DNA of 64,000 nucleotides from the human T2T-CHM13v2.0 reference genome, Homo sapiens, in the NCBI RefSeq assembly GCF_009914755.1, contig NC_060937.1. One strand, 5' to 3'. Every line of letters begins with the position of its first letter. The first letter of the stretch is position 1. Made by a program: the position numbers and the translations under genes. Below the pieces are notes generated by a model. That model saw nothing but the letters and a program-made list of their open reading frames with translations. It was not told the origin of the DNA and searched no databases. This document shows positions 40,746 to 58,400 of this stretch, piece after piece.

Positions 40746-41938
40746 ACTACTTCCTCTACTACTCCCTTGTATTTTCTCTCTTTACTCAAACACAGCTTTT
40801 TTTTTTGTATAGGTTTTCTACTTTAAAAGAAGAAACAAAAAGAATCTTTTCATTGCCTCATATAAAATGTGAATTCTTCCTTTTTTAAAATCATCTCTCC
40901 TTTTGATATAGTTTTACAGTTGCATGGGTACTTGTGACCAAATATTTTCTTCCCTGCTTCACTCAAGACTAACCAGTGAGCCTAAAACCATACACAAATT
41001 TCTGAAAACAAGGTAATTGATATAATTTATTTATATTATTATTCCTATGCCTGTACTAAACTGAGATTATTCATTAAAAGTAAAAACCAAAGACACTGGC
41101 ATTTGACAGGATACAGCTAATTTTCAAATTCATTATTATTAAAACAAAACAGAAAGTTATAGTAGCGAAAAGAGACTATAATTGTTACTTGTTCAGGCAC
41201 TTGAAAATATCATTAAGGGAATAACATAAATTATAATTTATGTTAGAATAAAATAATCATGCTGAACTAAATCTACCATTTTTATTTGTTTTTAATGAAA
41301 AATCCAAATGTTCTGGGTTGTAGCATTTTAATCATAAACATATTTCTTGAGTTCAATTATCTCTTTTTTTCTGAAATCGATTACAATGAAAGACAATCTT
41401 TTCAGGGAACTAGCAAATTCCTGGAAAAGTAGGACATTGTGAACTTTCAATGTTCTCAATTGCAAGATTAAATCAGAAAACAATAGATGACTGATGAATT
41501 GCATTTCTAAAGCATCTTTTAAATCACTCATATTATTAAGCTATGTCTGCTTAATACTTTTGAAGAGGAGAGATTTTTGCCCTTTTACAAAAATCTTATA
41601 TTTTTGGAAAACCAAATTGCGTTCATTCATCTACATATTCATCCTTTTAGGCCTTTAGCAATTACATTTATCTGAGGCATACATTATGCTTCTGTAATAC
41701 AAATATTCGTTTTCCTGATTCAAAATCCCCCTGATTCCAAATACTATAGTTTGTTTATATGGTGGTTCAATAATTGGAGCTGGAATCTCATTATCAATCA
41801 GCTTGTCCTTCTAAGTAAGAGTTTGTTAAGTTTGTTACTTCCTAAATAGTTAGAACTTCTGCTTTTTATTTCAGAGCAATGAAGCAATACATACTCTGAC
41901 TACTGGATACAAAGCAGGTCTTCAATTCCATATATTAC

Positions 41939-42220
<282 letters not shown>

Positions 42221-44387
42221 ATATTTCTATGTGCTATGATTCCTTTGCATTCCATTGAACATGACACATAGCAATCTCTAGGTTTAATAACATTTAAGTG
42301 AGCTAGCTTTTCAAATAGTAGAGAAGTATACATTATTGTCTACATAATAAAATGAACAATATGATTAAAATAGTAAAATGATGCAATTTTGAAATAATCC
42401 TTTACTGGTAAAATAATATATTAGGTAAAGACATAATCTTTGACAAATATTGTACTGAAATAATAAATATCAACATTTCCAAAGCAGAAATTCTAAGATC
42501 TGGGCTATGTAAATTGTGATAATTACTGATGCAGATTATTATTTGCTTTTGTTTATTTTAATGTGAAAAGGTAGACTTTTCGCTAGAACAATTTAAAAAG
42601 CTACCATAATAATTCTGTTTAAATAATTGAACTGCTAGTTGAAGAAAACATTTGTGAGTAAAGAGAAAATTGAAAACTTTGGTGGCTCAGCATGGTAAAA
42701 CTTGACTTGTATTTTGTAGTAAGAACTTAAAGACACTCTTGCCTGTGGCAAAGTGTAAATAATAAGCAGGACTGTTTTAAAATACATTTCTAATTTATTT
42801 TAATACATTTGGAAATATCTCATTAGGTTAAAAGTATGACAAATTATATAACATACTATATAATATTACATAATATAGTATGCTGTATTATATATTACCC
42901 AATCATGTAATGATTGCTTTAATACTAGTCATACTACCAATATAATATTATATATCACCAGCTTTTCTACGGGTTTTTTTTCAGAACACATGTCATAATG
43001 AAAAATTAGAAAAATAAATAACAGCTATGATTTAAATTATTTTAAACACCTTAGCTTTGGGGGCACATTCCTAATTACTGGGAATGCAGCAAACAAGGAA
43101 GTAGAGACATCTCTATTTATTCTTATTCATACTTTCATTATTGAATTTTTTGCATTCTTACCCTATGATATGTGGCAACTAGATGCTGGAGATTCATTAG
43201 TGAATGTAATAGACTGCATCCTTAATAATGTAGAATCTGGAGGCTAGTAAACAAAACAAAACAAAGTAGTAAAAAGATACTTACCAAAGTGACTAATTTG
43301 GCTTTTATTTTTAAGATTTTATGGTTACAAAGTATGTTTTGAATGTTTATTTATTGTCAGTACAAAAATATAGAAAATTTGAGAAAATTACGTCTAGAAC
43401 AGAACGTTATTGTTTTGAAGACTGTCAATCATAAATTCTGACTCTTGTCACAGAGGTGGATTCTTAACATAAGGTGATCTAATCAGAGTTCACCATTATA
43501 AGGGCAATAATGAATAGTTCAGTAATGGGCATGAGACCTTATGCTTTGTTTGTAATTTTGTATTATAAAAATCCCTGCTTTATAAATACTACTTCCCCAA
43601 AAGCAGTAGTTAGGAATTCACTTATCCAGCTTTCCTTGTGTTAAATCAAAGGAATACATTTAAAGGTTTGCCAGTCAAACACAGTATGAAACATGTCAAT
43701 TAGAAATAAACACTATGAGAACTCTGTTGCCACAGAGAAGCTATATTCTAGCCTTAGGTATAGCACAGCAGTGTGGCTTTCAAGTACAGGTATGCCTGAA
43801 GTTCTGATCTCCCTGCTTTATATCAACTGCCACCTCTGGTGCAGATTTATAGACATCAGTGGAAAAATGTGGCCTTGGTTGGCCAGTACCTGGCCACAAG
43901 CTTCCAAGCCTGACTCAAGAGCTCTTATGGAGATTAACTGGATCTACTTTTAATGCTTTATTGCCAAACAGGCCGAAGTCAATTTTTCAGTTTGCTCCTT
44001 TAACTTTTATTTGTACAAGTATTTAAACATGAGAATCTAGGGCAACAGCCATCCAAGTAACTCCCCATGTGCAGAAACTGGTTTAGTTTAAGAAAACTAA
44101 GCAAATATATGGAAGATATTAACAAAAGGAAAATCAGAGATGTGGGAACCTCTATAGCAACTAATTATGTGTACCATTATTTTCCTATCTTAATTTTGTT
44201 TTATATTTTTAGATGTGTGTTGCATTCATGAATCACAGATTGTAACAGAATTCTTTTATGAAAATATTTCCAAAATTCAAGATTTTCCATATACTTTTCT
44301 GTACTACTAATAAGTAAGCATTTCAAATATACTTTGTAATCATAAATTCTTCAAATGGGAGCCAAATTGGCCACTGAGATTTTACCA

Positions 44388-47067
44388 CAGGCATAACTCA
44401 TATTTTGATTCACTTTATTGTGCTGCTCAGATATTATATATCTTACAAATTGAAGGTTTCTGGCAACTTTACCCCTATGTTCAGCAAGTCTATGGGCACC
44501 GTTTTTCTAGTAGCAATTTTTCAACAGTGCTCACTTTGTGTCTCTGTGTCGCATTTTGGGAATTCTCCCTTTTTCATTATTATTATATCTGTTATGGTAA
44601 TCTATAAGCAGTGATATTTTATGTTACTATTGTACTTATTTTGGTGTTCTATGAACCCTGCTTATATGAGACAGCAAGCTTAATCTATCAATGTTGTTTG
44701 TGTTCTGACAGCTCTACTGACTTGCCATTCACCCATCTTTCTCCCAATCCTCAGGCCTTCCTTGACCCTGAAACACAATAATATTGCCACTAAGCCAGTG
44801 AAAACTATACAAGGGTCTTTCATGTTCAAGCAAAAGGAAAAATTTCACATCTCTCATTTTAAAATAAATGTTAGAAATAATTATGCTTGGTGATATGGTT
44901 TGGCTGTGTACCCACCCAAATCTCACGTGAATTGTAATAGTCCCCACATGTCAAGGGTGGGGCCAGGTGGAGATAATTGAATCATGGGGACAGTTTTCCC
45001 CATACTATTCTCATGGTAGTGAATAAGTCTCACGAGATATGATGGTTTTATAAACAGGAGTTCCTCTGCACAAGCTCTTTTGCCTGCCACCTACTTTATC
45101 TTCTGCCATGATTGTGAGGCCTCCCCAGCCATATTGAACTGCAAATTCATTAAACTTCTTTTGTTTATAAATTACCCAGTCTTGGGTATTTCTTATTAGC
45201 AGAGTGAGAACCCTGACTAATACACCTAGTGATACAGGCATGTTGAAAGCTGAAACAGTCCAAAAGTCACATAAAGGAAAAGTTTTTGAAGGAAATTAAC
45301 AGTGCTACCCCAGTGAACACGCAAATGATATGAAAGTAAAACAGCTTTATTGCAGATATAATGAAGTTTTAGTGGTCTGAATAGAAAATCAAACTAAACA
45401 CAACATTCCCTTAAGCCAAAGTCTAATTCACAGCAAGGAACTAACTCTTTAATTCTATAAAGGCTCAGAGAGATGAGGAAGCTGTAGAAAAAAAAAATAG
45501 TTTGAAGCTAGCAGAGACAGATTCATGATGTTTAAGGAAAGAATCCATCTCCATAACATAAAAGTACAAGGTGAATCAGCAAGTGCTGATAGAGAAGCTG
45601 CAGCAAGTTATTCAGAAGATCCAGATAAGGTGATTGAGAAAAGTGGCTACACCAAAAAACTAACTTTTAATGTGATTGAAACAGCTTCATATTGGAAGAT
45701 GTTATCGAGGACTTTCACAGCTAATGAAAAAATCAATGCCTTGCTTCTGAGCTTTAAAGGACAGGATAACTCTCTCATTATGGGCTAATGCTGCTGATGA
45801 CTTTAAGTTGAAGCCAGTGATCATTTACAATTCAGAAAATCCCAGATTCCTTATGAATTATGCTAAGTATACCTTGCCTGTGCTCCATAATGGAATAACA
45901 AAGATTGGATGACAGCACATTTGTTTACAATATGGTTTCCTGAATATTTTAAGCCCAGTGTTGAGACCTACTGCTATAAACAGTCTTTCAAAATATTATA
46001 ATCATTGGCAATGCATCTAATTACCCTAGAGCTCTGATGGAGATGTACAAGGAGATTAGTATTGCTTTCATGTTTACTAACACAATATTCGTTCTGTAGA
46101 CTGTGGATCAAAGATTAATTTCAAATTTGAGGTGTCATTAAGAATTACATTTTTCAATATTTAGCTGCCATAAATAATGATTCTTGTGATAGACATGAGC
46201 AAAGCAAATGTACAGCCTCTGGAAAGAACTAACTTATTGGCTAGATGACATTAAAACATTTATGATTCATAGGAGCAGGTAAAAAGATCAATATCAACAA
46301 AAGTTTAGAGGAAGCTGATTCCAACCCTCACAGATGACTTTCAGGGCTTCAAGACTTCAGGGGAAGGAAGAAATGCAGATGTCATGGGAATAGTAAGATA
46401 TTGGAGTCTAAAGATGTGACTGAATTGCTGCAATCTTATGATAAACTTGAATGGATGTAGATTTGCTCTTTGTGGGTGAGTAAAGAAGATGGTTTCTTAA
46501 GATCAGATTTGCTCCAGGTGTGGATGCTGTAAACATTGTTGAGATGACAACAAAGGATTTAGAATATTATATAAAATTATTCAATAAAGTAGCAACAGGT
46601 TTTGAGAGGATTGACTCCCATTTTGAAAGATGTTTTATAGTGAATAAAATCCTATCAAACAGCATCACATTCTGCAGAAATATTTTTGTAAAAGTGTCAA
46701 TTGATGTCTTAAATTTTATTGTTGGCTCATTTAAAAAATTCCCATAGCCATTCAACCTTCAGCAACCACCACCTTAATGAGTTGGCACCCCTCAATTAGA
46801 GCCTCCCTCAGCAAAAAGATAACAACTCTTCAAAGACTCAGAGGTTTGTTAACGTTTTTTTAGAAATAAAGTATTTTTAAATTAAGGAATGTACTCTTTT
46901 ATAGACATAATGCAATTGCATACTTAACTGACTACCATGTAGTATAAACATACCTTTTATATGCATGCATTGGGAAACTAAAAAAATTGTGTGACTCATT
47001 TTATTGTTATATTCACTTTATTATGGTGGTCTGGAACCAAACCTGCAGTATCTCTGAGGTATACCTG
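44388..47067 (+). mobile_element. Tigger1 DNA transposon, near full length, with decayed transposase
   Basis: TIRs CAGGCATAACTC... / ...GAGGTATACCTG followed by TA. ORF 45525-45788 (FKERIHLHNIKVQGESASADREAAASY...FNVIETASYWK) and 46520-46747 match the Tigger1/TIGD1 transposase. Many stops. Confidence 0.95.
44891..45224 (+). mobile_element. THE1 (C/D-like) MaLR solo LTR nested in Tigger1
   Basis: TGATATGGTTTGGCTGTGTACCCACCCAAATCTC...GACTAATACA. Degenerate 5-bp TSD CTTGG/CCTAG. Confidence 0.93.
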
Positions 47068-48908
47068 TATTTCAAACATCCTTAAGTAATTCTATCTCTG
47101 TAGCAGGCAGAATTATGCATCAAGAAAACTATAATAAACTCACTAAGCTGTGGAAAGATTTAATAGTCTGACCAATGACTGATGAACTCCTCATCATCAA
47201 AGTTCCTCAAGTGTCAGCTGGATGATCACTTGGTGGTGGCAGAAGGGGGCGGGGTGCGGCAGGGCTGTGGATAAAAGGTAGATATCAGTTGGTGAGGTCC
47301 AGATCCTTTTAATCTTAGACTGGCAAAATTTAACTACCTCATGGAGATGTTGTGAAAGCTCCTTGAAAAAGGACACATTAATTTACAAATGTTACTGCTC
47401 TGATGATGCACAATTCTAGGCAAAGTATTGGTGGCATAATGCTCTTACAGACTTCGTGCAGATTCCAAGATGTATATATTTCTTTTATCAACAGCTATTA
47501 CCCAGACATAAATGGTAACACCCTAGGCGATTACAGAGACTGAAATGTCAACTTCATCTTTTGCTTCTGAATCTAGACCTTTGACTACAAAAAAATTCTG
47601 AAACATAAACGAATACCCTAAATATGCAAAGTGTTAGGCTTAATATTATGCTTTCCAAATATATTGAAATTACTAAATGAGAGTAAAATCTTTTGAAGAT
47701 GTATTTTCAGTAGATTATGGGTAGTTTTATTTCTTATATAAAATGAGTGTTAAAGATGTAAATTTATTTAATACCTTGGTATTTTATTTCTACATTTTCA
47801 TGTTAGCAAATAATTCAAATTAGCATGAAAATGAAAAATAATTAATAAAAAGGTTAATCATATTTTTACTGAACCTTAATATAGTCCCATTAATGTTCAG
47901 TTTGAAAATGAACAAAAGTGTAAAAGAGTTATTTTATCAAGAATACATGTTTTTGAATATTTTATTCAAAAATGACCATTACTGGAATTAAAATAAGTAT
48001 AAATACAGGTAATTTTGAGAGCAGAGATTAGCTTATAGGGATAGAAATTTCAATTTTTGGTAAAGAGTGAACAATAAAATCTTAGGGATGAATGCAAAGA
48101 TAGTTTAAAGAGTGCAGAATTAATAATACAGAAAGGAGCTTCAATTTGGCCAAATATAAAACCATAAGACAGAAACTGACACTGTAAAGTGAAAAAAAGA
48201 AATGTCAGGAATCAAAAAGCCGCAAAGAAAGTAATAATAAATTTTTAAAGGAGAACAGAGAAAAGAGCCACTCAGTTATCAATTGTTTATGCTGCTAAAA
48301 AAAGGTATCAACAAGAATGAATAAAATACCCGCTTTTTATTTTTATAGGTATGTACCTATATTTTTAATACCCTCTTTTCAGAAAAGTATTTTCAATACC
48401 TTGAATATAATTTGCTAAATACAAGTTAATATAGCACATTCACTTATTCAGAGTATACATCAATTTCATTAAAAAGCAATTGCTATGCAACTTCTTATAG
48501 GAATAAGTTTCTCCCCACATACAGAACTCCAAAACATTAACTTACTGAATTTTGAATATGTCTCTACTCATGACATTTAAGAACGCACAAAATTTAATTG
48601 ACCTCTATGCCACTTATTTGCATTATACTTACCGGCAGGATTATAAATGAATATTTTGTCTCCATCAGAAGAAAAACAATACTGTTATATCTCTCCAATA
48701 GCAAATCATGCCAAAGCCAGAGCAAGTAAATAAAAATGCTGATAGTCAAAATGCCCCCTGATAAAAACAGAAAGAAAAATATTCTTATGGGCTCAGTCCT
48801 CACATTTTCTTCCAATCTCCTTGCAGAACTCTGTAAATGAATCATTGTGAACAAAATAATTTTGTACTCCACTTCAAACAAACTTCTTAAGCATAGAAAA
48901 TTCTTACA

Positions 48909-49087
48909 TTCTGATAGACAATGGAGCCTTTGGGGGTGAGAGGGAAGTGGATGATAAATTACTTAATGTGTACAATGTACATTAGTCCAGTGATGCATAC
49001 ATTAAAAGCCCTGATTTTGTCACTATGCAATATGTCAATGTAGCAAAATTACACTTGTGTCCCATAAGTTCATACAAATAAAAAAAA
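48909..49087 (+). mobile_element. Short L1MA-type 3' end
   Basis: AAATTACTTAATGTGTACAATGTACATTA...CACTATGCAATAT...CACTTGTGTCCCATAAG...AATAAAAAAA. Approximate TSD AAAATTCT(T)ACA. Confidence 0.8.
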
Positions 49088-50736
49088 TTCTACAGTAAAA
49101 ACAAAACAAAACATTGTTTTAATGCAGGGAAGGGTCATTGATTTCATTTGAAACAATTCCCAAACAGGACATGGCATCTCAGACAGCTCCTTGGCCCTTG
49201 GTAATTGTGTGCAGGTTTTTCACATGAGTGCCGGGCAGAACACAAGGTATTGAGACACAGTGAGCACTGCGCATAGCACTGGAGACTGGCTCAGGACACA
49301 AGGTGCTTGTGGCACCGAGCCCTGTAGCATTCCCTGCATCCCAGAAATTAGACTCCTTCACACATGCCTCCCTCTATTCCCCCGCCAACTTCATTTCCAG
49401 CCTCCAGTATTTAGTAGAGTAGATATTGAGTTTTCCTTCTTGTTATTTCTGTTAAGATAAAAACCAACCACAACCCCATAAGAGAAATTAACCTGCAGTG
49501 AGCAAAAGGGAAGAAAGGAAGAATGAGGAGGACTGTCTGATAATATAAACAAACAGGATAGGCTTTTACCAACACAGCCTAAAACAAACATGTGAACACT
49601 GATAGAGCTGAATAAAAGCTTGTCAGTAAAAATCAGTGCATATACACACATTTAATCCAAGTTTCTAAGAGTAAAATGGTAACAACTCAAATGTTCATGA
49701 ATTGATGAGTAGATGAAGTATGGTATATTCATTAAAACCTGAACATTTTACATTCTACTCTTTACAACCTTTAAAAGAGAATCATTAGCAATTAATGTAA
49801 ATTATTTGACAATGTAGCAAACACTACATTTTAGAAAATCCTACCACCAATCTTACAAGCCATGACACTTTGACTATGATAATAGGAATGCATAAATTTC
49901 AAAAAAAAAAATTAAAAATAACATTTTAATATTCGTATAAGTAAGGCTTTATAATTTATCTGTAAGTGTAAGCAGTCTTTAGGATGGAGGACAAGCATAT
50001 GCGGGGCATTTTTATTGTCATTTATTCCGTAAAGCCAATTATAACTAATATCTTCTTACATTCACACCAGCTCCTCCATCCACCTTCTCACTCATCACTC
50101 CAAACACACATACCACTTCTTTATTTTGCCTTTTTCTAACTTAATTACATTCCGGTGGAATACAGGAACAAGGCAACATAATAAACTGTGAGGGCTTAAC
50201 CTTCTGTCAGTTTAACAAGTAAATCTTGCTTCTGATATAGCTGAGTAGTTTCTACATGATTAGCAGTTCTACAGATAACTAAAATATTTCGATGTAAATA
50301 AAAATAAAATAAGTAGAATACTAATAAAATACTCAATCCAAATGAGTTCAAAAAGGAGGAACAAGAGAACAAAATAACAAAAAGGGATTAAAGGCAAAGC
50401 AATCAAATATATTAATAATTACATAAAACATTTATGGAATAAACACTAAAATCTCCAGAAAAATCAATTAGATCTGAATAAATTTTAATCCCAATTTTTT
50501 TAGAGATTCAAAATAATAATTTATTAAAAGCTTTTTTGTTTACATTTATTTCATCTATTGTCAGGAATTATCTTTTTTCTTTTTTTCTGCAGAAGCAAGT
50601 TCTTAATTATAATCATGTTACTTCTGCCATGATAACTTCTTTTAAGTTTTTTGTAACCTAGGTCTACTGGTAATAAATTTTTTCATTTTTGAAGGAGAAA
50701 ATATATTTTTCATTCACGTTTGAAATATATTTTCTT

Positions 50737-51095
<359 letters not shown>

Positions 51096-51307
51096 TTATT
51101 TTATATATTCCAATACCCTGTCTTCCAGTACTTTTAAAGTAAGAATTTTGCTATACTTCTTATATTTATTTGTGTATATAATCTGCTGTGTTTCCCATCT
51201 TTATTTCTTTTTTATTGCTTGCAATAGATTTAATTTATCTTGAATTTTAAACATTTAGAATGTTATGTCTCTTGATACATTTTGTTGAAAGTACTTATTC
51301 TGCTTGA

Positions 51308-51809
<502 letters not shown>

Positions 51810-53914
51810 CTTTTATTGTTTTTTAAATTAACTTTTCACTTACTCTTTCCACAATTCTGTCAAGTCTACTGATGAGCCTGTTAAAATAAATCTTTGTTTC
51901 TGTTACCAGGTTGCTTTTGCTGTTGTTTTAAGCTTAACTTTTGACACTTTTGTATAGTTCATTTTCTGAAATTCCCTACCTGTTGTTTGTTGTAAATCTT
52001 TTCCACTAGAGCCTTTTGTATATTACAGTATTTTAAATTCCCAGCCTGATAATTTCAATATTTGAGTAACTTTGGAGTCTGGTTCAATTAATTGCTCTTA
52101 CATGTATCATAATTCTTGACTGATTTTGACACATTTTATATAGAACAAGAGAGACACAAGTGAATACTTTCTGGATTTTAGTGGTTACTTCTCTTTGACT
52201 ACTAGGTCATTGACACCGGTGTTTGATTGAATCTAATCCACAGTAGAGCTGTCTTTACATTTTCTTGTTGCAAGCTTCAGTGGAACATTGGATGTTATTC
52301 CTCTAGTGTTACCTTGGGCTTAGGATACACACTGGTTTGCCAGAGGGTCTTCTTCACTGTTCTTCTTCAACCTAAGTTTTAAAACTGCACCTTAGAAAGC
52401 ACCTGACTAAATACCCTTCATACCCTTGCTCCTTCCTCTAATAATAGGCTCCTATTTCCAGTTCCCACGTGTTGCCATTGCAGTTTTTTGGGGTAGAAGT
52501 GTTCTCTCTTCTCTTGGTTTGCCCCGCCTCAGGCAGGCTTTGTGACCCCAAGTCTCAGGTTGTGGCCTTCTCTCACTGTTAAAAATTGTGGTTTGGGCCC
52601 AGGAAATGTTTCTGCTACATTCCCAGGGGTGGAGGGACATTTTCGCCACTTTGCTTGTCCTTCCCCCATTGTAGACCTTCATTTGTGTCATCAGGGTAAA
52701 AGAGTTTGCTATTCTTCCCCAGTGGCTCAGGACTTTTGTTCCTGAGAGGAAAAGGGCACAGGTAGAACTATATATATTTTCAAGCACTCCTCCTGGCCAA
52801 AACTTCCAGTAGGGATATTCTCTGGTCTCCCTCCCTTCTCCCAGTTTTCATCATACATACCTGGTCAGGTCCAGGGAACTTGTAGGCTGCAAGTGATTGT
52901 GAGTTCCTCTTATGTCTGCCGCTTTTAAGGGTTCTATTCAGTCTTTACAAATTCGTTAAACATTTTAATTGGATTCTTCTTACCTACTTGAAGTGAGACT
53001 TCTATTGTCTCTTACTGTCACAAATGAGCCACTGCTTATGCCTATCTTGAACTCCCTTAGATTTCAGGCTAGTGTATTTTCTTGGAATCTTGACACCCCA
53101 GTGAGTTCAAGAAAACTTATGGCTTTATAGATTATCCAGGTTTTTCATGTTAGGATATGAAAATGTCTCTTTGTAGCTTTCTGCTCCCTGAGGTGAAGCC
53201 AGACATCTGATTACCTAAATAATTTAACGTGCATTTTAACTTGATAATGTTTAAATGTAATCATCATTTCTACCTCCTCTGAAATATTATAAGAACCTAA
53301 TTATATTGACTTATGATATTTATTTTTGTTCATGAGAAACATATTTTTAGGGTTTAAGAAATATTATTTATCTTTTTAACTTTTTTATGATTTCTGTTTT
53401 CTTTGCTCTTCTAACGTTTTATTATGATGTGTTGTAGTTTTGATTGTAATGCTATATACATGTAAATCAATTACATGGCTTGAATCTTAGAATCTATACC
53501 TTTCATTCAATTACCATCCACTTAAGCCACTTGTGACTACCAGGTTGAAAAGATGATCGCTGGGCATGATGCTCAAGCCTACTTTTCTATTTTATATTTT
53601 CCTATTCATATTTTACCTTCCATTTTTTTCAATTTTTTTCAATTTTTCTCCTTTAGATCTTTCTTATAGAGCATTAATTCTACATATACTTATGTAAAAT
53701 GTGCTATGTGACCTATACATTGACCTTTAATTATAATAACTATATTTTCTATAAACTTTGTTTTATTATTTTTAAAATTTCTGTGTATTTTTATTACTAG
53801 CACAAATATGTATTTTAGTTTTTATTATATTTAATCTTCATTCATTGAAGTACTTCCATTGTTTACTATGTTTTCTGACATTAATAATCAATTGTGTCAT
53901 TGTTGGGTTTTAGT

Positions 53915-56299
<2,385 letters not shown>

Positions 56300-57287
56300 G
56301 AACACAGCTAAAGCTTACTTAATTGGGTCCTGGGGTTATAGAAATGCCAGCACTTAGTTGTATAAATTGATTCTAATCAACATTTTAGGAATATTTCTTA
56401 TTTGGGATCATTTTAACATTATCTCTCAGCTTGAGCTATTCAAAAACATACAAATATGTAATTCATAGCCACTACTGAATATCACCTTTTATCTAAGCCC
56501 CGTATGTAGGACACAGCACAATTTATTGTAATTTTCTGGACAGTTGGACAGACTTTTTTAGTGTCCTTTCACTGATGTGGAGATATTTTAGGGTCAAAAA
56601 TTTTAGTTTACTACCTTTATACATAAATGGAGATGATAAAAATGCCCTGCCTATATTAGCCCAAAAGCCAAAGACTATCCTTCTTGGATATTAATAGTCC
56701 AACTTAGAGCTCTTAAAAGGCTAATTGAGCCTTTTACTTAATTTCTTATTTCAATTCTGGCTTAGAGAGAATTCAAGTGTTTTTGTGCCCACTATGTATT
56801 AAAATTATTTAATACCAATATTATAAATTTTATTTTTTTAAAGCAGAGTAGGTCTGCCTTTTCAATCAAGTAAGTTCCCTCAATGGTAATCACTTCTAAT
56901 AAATCACTAATTACATGTAATTATAACTTTGATTACTACTTTTCCAAACATTATCTTTGAGAAAATATATTTTTATATTTTTTATATTTGGTATTTAAAA
57001 GTATTTAAAATTATAATTTTTTTATTGTTTTCTAGAAAAAGTGCAGCTTTTACAATTTTCACATTGAGACTTTCATGGGAAATATAGTTGTAGATAACAT
57101 TTGAAAAATATTTTTAGTTATTAAAAAGCAATGTATACTCTTCAGGGACGTAGTTACTACTATAATGTAGATTATTAAGATAAAGAACCCTGCTTTGAGG
57201 TTTCTGGAGTAAATTCTTGCTTTATAACTTTATGCCATATAATCATTTGGTTAGCTATACTATACCTTAGTTTTGGGGTATTAACTT

Positions 57288-57879
57288 TGTATTAGTTTTT
57301 ATTGTTGCCATAACAAATTACCATAAATTTCACAAATTAAAGCAGCACAAATATATTATCTTACAATTCTCTTGGTCAGAAGTCTGACATTGCCTAAAAT
57401 CAAAATGTTGGTAGAGCTGCTTTCCTTTCTAGAGGCTGTAGATATGAAGTCATTTCTTCATGCATTTAAGGTTGCTGGTAGAATTCAGTTCCTGGTCACT
57501 GTAGGACCAAGTTTTCCATTTTCTTATTGGTTGTAAACTCAGGGAATATTCTCTAGTTTCTAGAGGCATCTGCCTACCTTGGTTTATTGCCTCCTTTCTC
57601 CATCTTCAGTGCCAGCAAGCACGGGTCAAGTCCTTATAACGTAGCATCTCTTTAAACCTTTGTATCTCCTCTAAGCATGGTTGGCAAATGTTTTCTGGTT
57701 TTAAAGACTTACGTCATTAGACTGTAACTGCCATGATAATCTAGGATATTTTCATCATTTCAACTTCTGTATCCATCATCAAATCTTCAAAGTTTCTTTT
57801 GCCATAACAGGTAACTAGTCCCAGGTTCCAGGAAGTACAATGTGAACATCTTTGGGATATCATTATTCTGCCTAGTATG
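57288..57879 (-). mobile_element. MLT1 (D/E/F-like) MaLR LTR
   Basis: TGTATTAGTTTTTATTGTTGCCATAACAAATTACC...GGTCAGAAGTCTGAC...CCCAGGTTCCAGG...CATTATTCTGCCTA. Confidence 0.85.
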
Positions 57880-58229
57880 ATCTTTTTGTACACTGACTCT
57901 CCTTATTTGAAAAAATTGACTTCTTTAGAAACTCATGTTAGATGTATATTGGATCTTCCATTCTACCTCACAGTATTTAAAGTCTTCATATTTCTAGGTT
58001 TATATCTTTAAGCAGCATCTGCACCACAGCATGCTCTCTGATTCCTGAAGACCTCAGTACACGATTTTCTCCAACTACCACTCAGAAACTATCATTTAAC
58101 TTGATGCATTTTCAGGTTCATGTTTTTGTAAAGGAATCAACTCAAGCACTACATTATAAAAAGGAATTACCTTTGCACTTTAATATATGCGTGTATATGT
58201 GTCATTGTATATGGGTATCATAATATATT

Positions 58230-58400
58230 TGATTAATTTTTTCGGTATATCACTTATTCATCCTAGTGAAATGTAGGTTTTGAAAGTCAGAAAAACTGCC
58301 CTATAGATCCCATTTTTTAGAACAATGCAAGGACCATCATATACACTGAAGAAAAACTTGATGGTTCTATAAATAAATGTATTGGGTAAATGAATGAATA
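58230..58400 (+). mobile_element. L2 3' end fragment
   Basis: 'CTAGTGAAATGTAGGTT...TAGAACAATGC...AATGAATGAATAAA', the L2 terminal tandem. Confidence 0.45.

Noticed and set aside
42845-42960. AT-rich quasi-palindromes (also 59280-59355)
   Set aside because: Low-complexity TA-rich sequence with no extended perfect palindrome.
45525-46747. Domesticated TIGD1-like transposase gene
   Set aside because: The frame is broken by many stops and frameshifts, and a THE1 is inserted upstream.
47793-47833. Inverted repeat CATTTTCATG...CATGAAAATG with Oct/Sox-like look
   Set aside because: A short AT-rich stem is expected by chance here, the Sox core is mismatched, and it is too short for a pre-miRNA.
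49175-49400. Short GC-richer patch as promoter or exon
   Set aside because: No CpG island, no convincing splice pair and no recognisable homology.
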